Shown here one piece after another: positions 1 to 6,910 of a DNA stretch of 10,979 nucleotides. The position numbers were made by a program, and so were the translations under genes. The DNA comes from an uncultured Myxococcales bacterium. Its GTDB lineage: Bacteria > Myxococcota > UBA4151. Below the pieces are notes generated by a model. It did no database searches and was not told where the DNA came from. It saw only the letters and a program-made list of their open reading frames with translations. The DNA is taken from NCBI GenBank assembly GCA_964013405.1, contig CAXGWI010000117.1, positions 1-10,979 on the forward strand, given 5' to 3'. How positions within the stretch are numbered: position 1 is the first letter of the stretch; every line of letters starts with the position of its first letter.

Positions 1-876
1 GTTGAGACGACAGTACAGCGTTGCAACCATGGCCACTTGATCTCGGCTGCGGTTTAAGCAGTCGTCTCGAACCTCACACTGACAGGCGGTGAGCTCTTCT
101 GGGCTGCCACCTTCCTCGAAACAGGCCTGATTGTCTTGGGCTTGTCGGTGGCAACTGGCGATGCCTGATCCGACACGAGCCCCGCGGGCGTTGAGGTGCT
201 CGGCACAGCCCGAGGCGCAATCATCGCCAAAGCGGTTCGCATCACATTGTTCGTGATCGGCGCAGACGCCCGCACAGGCGTCCGCCGACCATCGGTCAAG
301 TTCCTGCCAACGGCAATTCGCTCGGTCGCCGCACTGGCGTTCGAAGACGCAGGCCTGCATGAGCCACCATTGATCCGAGGTGTAGTCTTCCGCAGAGCCC
401 TCGCAATAGGCGGCGCAGCCATCGGCTGCCACGCCAAGAATCAGCTGCCGGTCGTCGGGACAGTCGATCTGGTTCCCTTGCTGGTCGAAGCCGATAAATG
501 CGTTTTGGCAGAAATCACGGCAGGCCGCGAGCAGGTCGTCTGGGTTTTCACCACCGGCATCCGGGGTGACGCCTTTGTCCACCGGGCCGCCATCAAGGCC
601 TGGACCCGGGCCAACTTCGGGGGGGCCAAAGCGACGGATGTCCGCTCGACCAGCATCTGGCGTGCCGGCGTCTTCTACGCCCACACCAGCGTCCGTGATG
701 GGCGGAAGACCTGCGTCGGGTTCAAGGTGGCAGTTTTCGTCACAACCATCGCCGTCTCGCTGATTGCCGTCGTCACATTCCTCGGCATTGAGCCAGAGAG
801 CGCCATCCCCGCAGACGGGATCGTCCGAGGGACAGGCGGTGAGGGTCAGAATGATGACGGCGGTGATCGTTCTCAT
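1..876 (-). CDS. Cysteine-rich lipoprotein with Myxococcus Cys-rich repeat (DUF4215/TIGR02232-like); 3' end lies outside the window
   Basis: Manually translated; absent from the ORF track because no stop is in the window. ATG at 876 with GGAGG just upstream, open for 292 codons: MRTITAVIILTLTAC (lipobox LTAC), CGDGALWLNAEECDDGNQRDGDGCDENC, a D-A-G-rich linker, then repeated CxxxC motifs. 24 Cys in the visible part. Confidence 0.88.
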   Translation of the reverse strand, partial: MRTITAVIILTLTACPSDDPVCGDGALWLNAEECDDGNQRDGDGCDENCHLEPDAGLPPITDAGVGVEDAGTPDAGRADIRRFGPPEVGPGPGLDGGPVDKGVTPDAGGENPDDLLAACRDFCQNAFIGFDQQGNQIDCPDDRQLILGVAADGCAAYCEGSAEDYTSDQWWLMQACVFERQCGDRANCRWQELDRWSADACAGVCADHEQCDANRFGDDCASGCAEHLNARGARVGSGIASCHRQAQDNQACFEEGGSPEELTACQCEVRDDCLNRSRDQVAMVATLYCRLN

Positions 877-923
877 GGGGGCCTCCGCCCCAAGACTCGC
901 ACGCCACAGGGGCGCTGGCAATG

Positions 924-2894
924 CTAGCGAACCAGCGTTTCCAAACGGCGGACGCCGATGCGTAGGGACAGGGCAGCCCCAAGGAGTCCGATGACGCCCG
1001 GCAAAAGCAGCAGGAAGAAGCCCGCCCGGACCGGATCAGCGGTCCCTCGGGTGATAACGGCCACGTATCCCCCCGAGGTCATGGTGATCAGTGTGGCGAA
1101 ACCCATCGAGAGCGAGATGAACAGGATGCCGCCAGGGCCTTGAAAGAGACGACTGATATTGACGTAGTTAAACTCGGGCAAGCTGGCACCAATCCCCACG
1201 CCGAGACAACAAGCGACAAAGGCATTGAGGGCCCCGACGGTGACCGCGAGTCCGGCGAGCCCGTAGTCGAAGTTGAGGGTGTAGCTGATGCCGGCGGCGA
1301 GTCCAGCGCCCAGGATCACAGTGGGCAGCATGGTTTGAACCAGCTTGGCCCGCAGATAGGTTCGCATGGTGATCGGCGAGGTTCGAACCAGCCAAAACCC
1401 CTCTCCTTCGAGGCTGACCTGGGGGTAAACCATCCGGGCCGCAATGGCGGAGGTCAGCAGGGTGCCCGCCCAGATGCCCAGCGAATACAGCACGGCTTGG
1501 GCGTAGGGGAGATAACGGGCCAGTTCCGTAAGGTTCGCCCTTTCCGCGGCGGCACGAAAGCCCCAGCCCGTGACGAGGATCATGCCGACGAGCACCAGGA
1601 GTTGGCTCCACAGGGCCGGGTCTCGAACAAAGACAAGAAGGTCTTTGTAGAAGAAGAGGCGGTTGGCTCCTGGCGTTCCTTTCACCAAGCCTTCCATGAC
1701 GCGACCGATCCGGCCTTCACTGCCCGCGACGCCTTCGCGACGGCCTTCTTGGGCCCGGCTGTAGGCTGCCGGGTAACTGCTTCGGGCGAGGAGCATACCC
1801 AGGGGTGTCAGCAGACCTGCGATGAGCCAAAGCATCAGGGGCGACCACAGAGGCGTGGTTCGTTCGGGGGGCGGTGCGGAGAGGATCGGCAGTCCCGAGA
1901 AAACTTCCCGGGCGACCTCGAAAGGCCTGTTGCTGGGGAGCCAGGAGGGCCTCTTGCCGTAAACGAGTCCTTCGATTTCCTGCACCATGACGGGATCATC
2001 ACCGAGTACATCGGTGATTCGGTCGACAAGCCGCTCCCGGGCCTGACTGGCCACCGCCGTATCCGCAAAGAGTCCGGCACTCTTGAGGTCGCCGTGAAGG
2101 GAGAAGTCGAGACCTTCGGCCAACCAGTCCGTCGGTAAGTACCAACGAGGTTGTCGCTCGAAGGTTTGCATGGACTCCACGAAGTCCTCGATGGCTTCCG
2201 GGGTGAAGAGTTGATCGACTCGAAGATATTGGCCTGCGCCGTAGATGCCGATGCTGCCGATGATCGTCCCGGCGATCAGGCCGTTCCTGAGACGACTCGC
2301 CGAGACAAAGCGGCCGATCAACAATGCGATGATGCCTGATAAGGCCGCTGGAATCAGGGTGAGCGCCGGCAGGCCCACGAGAATGAGGTAGGTAAAGGCG
2401 CCCACGTCGGGTTCTCTTGCGACCGCGGGATTGCCCACCAGATATCGCTGCCAGGCGGCCAGGAAGCCGAGGAGGATGGGAACCACGAAGATCAATGGCA
2501 TCCAGGCGCTCTGGAGCCAGACCGCTCCCAGGCGATCGAGATACAAGGCCTCTTCTCGTAGGGGCGTACTGCGCAAAAGCTTCAGGTCTTCACTGAGCAG
2601 GAAGACGGCCAAGGACGCGATCAGGGTCGACAAGAGCAGGATGCCTACCGCGATCAGCAGCAGGTAATCGACAAACACACCGGTGAGGATCCCACCCACA
2701 TAGTCGGTGCGGGAAATGATCCAGTAGAGGAAGCGATAGGAGCCCCAGTAGATGCCCTGGACCAGCATGGCGCCGCCGATGACGATGAGCACCAGTCGAA
2801 CGATCGCCGGACGACCTCCTAGGCGTAGGTTACCCCGGGCCTGGGCAAGCCGAGACCGGCCGAGATGCAAAAGGTCCCGAAGGATCTCGCTCAC
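924..2894 (-). CDS. ABC transporter permease subunit (putative ABC exporter membrane protein), 656 aa
   Basis: Many hydrophobic segments. Motifs FLLSEDLKLLRSTPL, YLPTDW, KDLLVFVRDP, and ARMVYPQVSLEGEGFWLVRTSP match the deltaproteobacterial ABC-export permease family. GTG start overlaps the ATPase stop (GTGA at 2894-2891). Confidence 0.88.
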   Translation of the reverse strand: MSEILRDLLHLGRSRLAQARGNLRLGGRPAIVRLVLIVIGGAMLVQGIYWGSYRFLYWIISRTDYVGGILTGVFVDYLLLIAVGILLLSTLIASLAVFLLSEDLKLLRSTPLREEALYLDRLGAVWLQSAWMPLIFVVPILLGFLAAWQRYLVGNPAVAREPDVGAFTYLILVGLPALTLIPAALSGIIALLIGRFVSASRLRNGLIAGTIIGSIGIYGAGQYLRVDQLFTPEAIEDFVESMQTFERQPRWYLPTDWLAEGLDFSLHGDLKSAGLFADTAVASQARERLVDRITDVLGDDPVMVQEIEGLVYGKRPSWLPSNRPFEVAREVFSGLPILSAPPPERTTPLWSPLMLWLIAGLLTPLGMLLARSSYPAAYSRAQEGRREGVAGSEGRIGRVMEGLVKGTPGANRLFFYKDLLVFVRDPALWSQLLVLVGMILVTGWGFRAAAERANLTELARYLPYAQAVLYSLGIWAGTLLTSAIAARMVYPQVSLEGEGFWLVRTSPITMRTYLRAKLVQTMLPTVILGAGLAAGISYTLNFDYGLAGLAVTVGALNAFVACCLGVGIGASLPEFNYVNISRLFQGPGGILFISLSMGFATLITMTSGGYVAVITRGTADPVRAGFFLLLLPGVIGLLGAALSLRIGVRRLETLVR

Positions 2895-3655
2895 AACAGA
2901 CCAAGAGCTTCTTCGGTGGCCTCGGTCCCTTCCACGCCACCGGTCAGGCGCAGGAAGATACTCTCGAGGTCTGTATCCCCGGCCACCTTATTGCGAAGGT
3001 CCTCCACCCGGCCTTCCGTCTGGAGTTGGCCTTCGAGCAGAATGCCCACTCGGTCGCAGACCTCCTCAGCGGTGTCGAGACTGTGGGTACTCATGAACAC
3101 GGCCATGCCGTGGTCATGGGCAGCGCTTCGAAAAATATTCTTCACCAAACGTGCACCCTGGGGGTCCAGGCCGACCATCGGTTCATCGACGACCAGAATC
3201 TTGGGCCGATGCAATAAGGCAGCAGCCATGATCAGTCGTTGTTTCATACCGTGGGAGAAACTGGCGACTAACTCGTGGTGCCGGTCCGCCAGTTTGAACA
3301 ATTGGAGGAGTTCATCGCTGCGTTTCGCCAAATCATCGGAGTGCATTTGGTACAGACCACCGATGAAGCGGAGGAACTCGACGGCGGTCAGTTTGTCATA
3401 AAGAAAGGGACGGTCCGGAATGAAGCCCACGATTCGCTTGGTGTTCAAACCATCCGTGGTCGGGTCAATACCGTTGAGTCGGATCCGCCCCGAATCGGGA
3501 AGCGTCAGGCCCACGATCATCCGCAACGTCGTTGATTTTCCCGCCCCGTTGGGGCCGAGGAAGCCGTAAACCTCCCCAGCAGCGATCTGCAGGTTGAGGT
3601 CTTGCACAGCCGCCCGGCCACCGTAGGACTTATGGATATTTGTCAGTTCGATCAT
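2891..3655 (-). CDS. ABC transporter ATP-binding protein (ABC-2/drug-exporter type), 254 aa
   Basis: Walker A GPNGAGKST, signature FSHGMKQR, Walker B ILVVDE, D-loop PMVGLDP, H-switch STH. Confidence 0.97.
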   Translation of the reverse strand: MIELTNIHKSYGGRAAVQDLNLQIAAGEVYGFLGPNGAGKSTTLRMIVGLTLPDSGRIRLNGIDPTTDGLNTKRIVGFIPDRPFLYDKLTAVEFLRFIGGLYQMHSDDLAKRSDELLQLFKLADRHHELVASFSHGMKQRLIMAAALLHRPKILVVDEPMVGLDPQGARLVKNIFRSAAHDHGMAVFMSTHSLDTAEEVCDRVGILLEGQLQTEGRVEDLRNKVAGDTDLESIFLRLTGGVEGTEATEEALGLL

Positions 3656-3720
3656 CGATGGGGCACTACCCGCGGGGCCCTTTGTAGGTCAACACGGGGC
3701 CTCAGCGATGAACTCGCTTC

Positions 3721-5037
3721 TTAGCGCTCTGAGATGTAGAGATTGGCGACACACATCTCGTCGAAGGTGCCTTCGCCCCAGTTGACGTCTGCGACCGGTC
3801 GTCCCGGTTGTTGGTCATCGGCGGCGTTGTCCCAACTGCATAGCAGGCTCAACTGCTCACCGGGCCGAAACACGAGGGGGTCCTGAAGAAGATAGATCTG
3901 CTGCCAGTCGAAGTCATAGCGGACCAAATCGAGGATCGAGTCCCTTTGACCATCGGCCCGGATCCGTTCCAAGGCCCCGTAGCGACCCAGCTTATGCATA
4001 TGAAAAAGGGTGGAATGAATGAGCAGGTCACCTTCGAGATCGAGTCCGGAGACGAACAGGTCCCAGAATGGTCTCGGGTCGTCTTCAGCCACGTAGACGA
4101 CATCTTTCTCGCCGGCGGGGATCCGCATGGCACCGAGGACCCAATCAAGCCCCAGCCAGGGGGCAAAGGCCGCCCGGTGCTCCACTTGGTCGGCGAGGCT
4201 GAACTGCACGGCGGTACGATCCGGCTGGGGGCCTGAACTCGCCGTATTGTAGTGGACTTGTAAGACCAAGATCGAGCCCGGTTTGACCTCGATCCCCGTC
4301 CCCGCTGGGAAGTCGATGCCTTCCATACCGGGAACCCATTGGGCCAGTTGCTGAATGGGGACGTTGAGGTCGTCGGCACCGCTTGGTCCGCCAAAGCAGC
4401 CGTAGCCGGGGCCCTCCACGTCTTCATCCCACTGATAGACGGTCGTACGGAGGTCGTCTCCGAGCGGCGTGTCGGGGGGCATGAGGTAGGCGGCGACATG
4501 GTGCACGACCTCCAAGTTGCCGGGCACCGCGTTGAATCCGGTGACGTACTTGGTCTCCTCGTGGGGCCATTCGAGAATGAAGCAGCGGTAATCATCGGGC
4601 GATTGCTGGGGCGTAAAGGCTTCAGGCATTTCGAGGGTGATATCGACCTGACTCAGGCGGGTGCCGATCGGGGATAGGGCTGCACCGGGCTGATTGGCAT
4701 CGCCCTCGGGCGCACCATGATCCGCCCACCGTCGAATCGCTTGGATCTGCGCCGGGCTGAGGCTTGGGTCATCGCGCAGGGGAAGCCCCTGGGGGCCCGC
4801 ACCCCAAGGCGGCATCCGGCCGGTCTCCGTCGCATTGGCGATTGCCCCGGCCAAGGCCTGAGCCTGGCGATAGGTGTTGAGTGGAAAGGGCGCAATGCCG
4901 GTGTCATCGTGACAGTGAACGCAGCGTCCCTCCACGATGGGGCGGATGTCCTGATGCCATGTCGGTATCGGGCCTTCGTCGCCGGCCGATTCACAGGCCA
5001 ACGTCCCACAAACACTCATGAGAACCATCCAGCGCAT
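3721..5037 (-). CDS. Lipoprotein: N-terminal cytochrome c-like domain fused to copper type II ascorbate-dependent monooxygenase-like (PHM/DBH) domains, 438 aa
   Basis: Start set to ATG 5037 (GGGGAG 7 nt upstream), giving MRWMVLMSVCGTLAC (lipobox-like TLAC). CVHCH at 4923-4909 with RMPPW downstream. Copper-ligand motifs VVHHV, QVHYN, FHMH and DEMC, plus YDFDWQ. Confidence 0.85.
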   Translation of the reverse strand: MRWMVLMSVCGTLACESAGDEGPIPTWHQDIRPIVEGRCVHCHDDTGIAPFPLNTYRQAQALAGAIANATETGRMPPWGAGPQGLPLRDDPSLSPAQIQAIRRWADHGAPEGDANQPGAALSPIGTRLSQVDITLEMPEAFTPQQSPDDYRCFILEWPHEETKYVTGFNAVPGNLEVVHHVAAYLMPPDTPLGDDLRTTVYQWDEDVEGPGYGCFGGPSGADDLNVPIQQLAQWVPGMEGIDFPAGTGIEVKPGSILVLQVHYNTASSGPQPDRTAVQFSLADQVEHRAAFAPWLGLDWVLGAMRIPAGEKDVVYVAEDDPRPFWDLFVSGLDLEGDLLIHSTLFHMHKLGRYGALERIRADGQRDSILDLVRYDFDWQQIYLLQDPLVFRPGEQLSLLCSWDNAADDQQPGRPVADVNWGEGTFDEMCVANLYISER

Positions 5038-5138
5038 CGGTCGCTCCCCGGCAGACCTAACAAGCATTAGTCCGTGCTGAAACGGCGAATTGAGCCGGGC
5101 GCGGTTGGTCACTGGGCGTGTAGAACGACCGGTGCGCT

Positions 5139-5786
5139 TTAGACTCGCCGATAGACGCCGATCACCACACCGAGGACTTGAAACTCCGTCGCATCCTCTG
5201 GATACCAGAGAATTGGCGCCATACTGCTGTTGGCTGGTTGCAGCCGGATGTGATGGCGTTCGGGAAAATAATACTTACAGGTGGTTTCCCCGTCCACCAT
5301 CGCCACCACGATCTGACCTGATTGGGCTTCAGCGGCGGCACGGACGAAGATGTAGTCGCCATCGCGAATCCCCGCATCGATCATGGACTCGCCACTGACC
5401 ACAAGACCGAAGACTTGGTCTCGGCGGCCGCCCGTGAAGAAGGGGTCGACCATGAGGGTCTCATCCACATTCTCTTCGGCCATGAGTGGCAGTCCAGCCG
5501 AGATCGATCCGAGAATGGGAATGGAAACGGGCTCCTCCATCCGGGGAAAGGGGATGACATTGCTGTGGCTTGGACCGTCGCAAAGCACGATGCCCCGACT
5601 GCGGCTGCCATCGCGACGAATGGCACCCTTCTTCTCCAGGGCGCTGACGTGCGCAGCGGCCGCATTGGTTGAGCGAAAGCCAAAACCAGCAGCGATGTCG
5701 CGCATGGTGGGGGGGTATCCGTGTTCGTGGAGGAAGTGCCGAATGAAAGTGAGCACTTCACGCTGTCGGTCGGTGAGATCGGCCAT
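5139..5786 (-). CDS. lexA: SOS response transcriptional repressor LexA, 215 aa
   Basis: N-terminal wHTH LTDRQREVL...GYPPTMRDIA...HVSALEKKG..R...SRGI. Ala-Gly cleavage site (ISAGLP), catalytic Ser (GESM) and Lys (TCK), LQPAN, C-terminal GVVIGVYR. Start set to ATG 5786 with AGGGGG 5 nt upstream. Confidence 0.97.
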   Translation of the reverse strand: MADLTDRQREVLTFIRHFLHEHGYPPTMRDIAAGFGFRSTNAAAAHVSALEKKGAIRRDGSRSRGIVLCDGPSHSNVIPFPRMEEPVSIPILGSISAGLPLMAEENVDETLMVDPFFTGGRRDQVFGLVVSGESMIDAGIRDGDYIFVRAAAEAQSGQIVVAMVDGETTCKYYFPERHHIRLQPANSSMAPILWYPEDATEFQVLGVVIGVYRRV

Positions 5787-5797
5787 CAATACCCCCT

Positions 5798-5814
5798 GCT
5801 GTACAGATGTACAT
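5798..5814. promoter_or_regulatory. Candidate LexA operator (SOS box), TGTAC-N4-GTACA palindrome
   Basis: Perfect dyad TGTAC-AGAT-GTACA (5800-5813), 13 nt upstream of the lexA start. The minus strand ATGTACATCTGTACAGC matches 15/17 positions of the Myxococcus xanthus LexA consensus as I recall it (CTRHAMRYBYGTTCAGS). Confidence 0.7.
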
Positions 5815-5822
5815 GATGGGTA

Positions 5823-5838
5823 CTGAACATGCAAGCAG
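5823..5838. promoter_or_regulatory. Second, degenerate candidate LexA operator
   Basis: CTGAAC-ATGC-AAGCAG: one perfect CTGAAC/GTTCAG half-site and CTG...CAG ends at the same 16-bp span as the first box. Confidence 0.45.
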
Positions 5839-5853
5839 TTGATCAGGGCGGGG

Positions 5854-6780
5854 CTAACTCACCACCTGAACGAAGTCTCTCAAGCCACTGTTGGGGTCGA
5901 GAATCGGTTCGAGAACGCCCACTTCGTCCACGGCGTAGATCTTCCAACTGCGACCAGCGACCGGCGCTTCCTCTGTTTCGAAGGTGACGCTCGCACCGGG
6001 AAGCCGGAATTGGTTCACGGGCGTGCCTGGGTGCTCTTTAGCCTCGAACCATCCGCTCCAGGTCACCTCGGTCAGGTCCTCGATTGCAAAAGTCTGCCCA
6101 AGGGCGAGTCGAACGTTCAGGCATCCCAAGTGCCCGCGGCTGATTTCCCCGAGTCCCACGTAGAAACTGGAGGGCTCGTATTCGGCCAGGTCGCCTAGTT
6201 CGGGCTCACCCTCGCCAGCACAACCAAAAACGTTGGAGCCGAACCATTCGGGGGGCGGGTGGTGAAACTTGAGATCATAGCTACCACTGAGCGGGCCGTG
6301 ACCGCTACCGATCGGCACGTCGAGATGGTCATGGATCCAGTCGGCCAGCCCCTGGGAGCCTTTGGCGGCAACGATGCTCCGGACCAGTGCCTTGCAATCC
6401 TGCTCTGTGAGCAAGCATTCGCCATAACGTCCGCTCAGACCATCCACGTCGAGAAGGACCTCATAGTGATAGGTCGGTTGGTCTCCACGTAGGTAGAGTA
6501 ACAATTCGTCCCCATCGAAGAAGGGCTGGAGATCCGCTGCGAGTTCGACTTCGAGCAGGGCGTTCAGCCGGCCGCCAAGAGCCTTCAACCCTCTGAGCCA
6601 CATCAGTTGGGGACCTGGCGGCACCAGCACTTCCGCCACCTCGGCCTTAAGGAGCAGACCTTCCTCGTCGATGGTCAATCCGGTCCAAGTGGTCAGTCCA
6701 GCCAACTCAGCCCAGGCCCTCGGGGCGTCCTCATCGCTGAGTAGGGATTCTCGTATCGCGCTAATTTTCTCGTGATCCAT
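5854..6780 (-). CDS. Hypothetical soluble acidic protein, 308 aa
   Basis: 3' part of the 450-aa track ORF. ATG 6780 has GGTGAGG 8 nt upstream. The part above 6780 overlaps the opposite-strand gene and is unlikely to be translated. Fills the gap before lexA. No family recognised. Confidence 0.75.
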   Translation of the reverse strand: MDHEKISAIRESLLSDEDAPRAWAELAGLTTWTGLTIDEEGLLLKAEVAEVLVPPGPQLMWLRGLKALGGRLNALLEVELAADLQPFFDGDELLLYLRGDQPTYHYEVLLDVDGLSGRYGECLLTEQDCKALVRSIVAAKGSQGLADWIHDHLDVPIGSGHGPLSGSYDLKFHHPPPEWFGSNVFGCAGEGEPELGDLAEYEPSSFYVGLGEISRGHLGCLNVRLALGQTFAIEDLTEVTWSGWFEAKEHPGTPVNQFRLPGASVTFETEEAPVAGRSWKIYAVDEVGVLEPILDPNSGLRDFVQVVS

Positions 6781-6798
6781 GTCCGCAGCCTCACCGAT

Positions 6799-6828
6799 AG
6801 CATGGGTCACAGGGGGGTTATTGGTCAA
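6799..6828 (-). promoter_or_regulatory. Possible sigma70-type promoter for the 308-aa gene
   Basis: Minus strand TTGACC-N18-CATGCT, ending 18 nt upstream of ATG 6780 in a divergent intergenic region. Confidence 0.35.
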
Positions 6829-6910
6829 TCCGTGGCGCGGTTTCGTGGCGCCTGGAGCCGGCCCGCGGTATGTGGGGCCAGGGCTTGATACCCCCCTGTA
6901 CGGGAGGACG

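Noticed and set aside
196..927. 243-aa plus-strand ORF
   Set aside because: Antisense shadow of the minus-strand Cys-rich lipoprotein, which has an RBS, lipobox and recognisable repeat.
1140..2138. 332-aa plus-strand ORF
   Set aside because: Antisense to the ABC permease; long shadow ORFs are expected at this GC content and it has no motifs.
3849..4595. 248-aa alternative-frame minus ORF
   Set aside because: Ser/Pro/Arg/Thr-rich off-frame translation inside the monooxygenase gene.
5062..5080. Sigma54-like AGCACG...ATGC upstream of the monooxygenase gene (minus strand)
   Set aside because: Lacks the invariant GG and the GG-N10-GC spacing.
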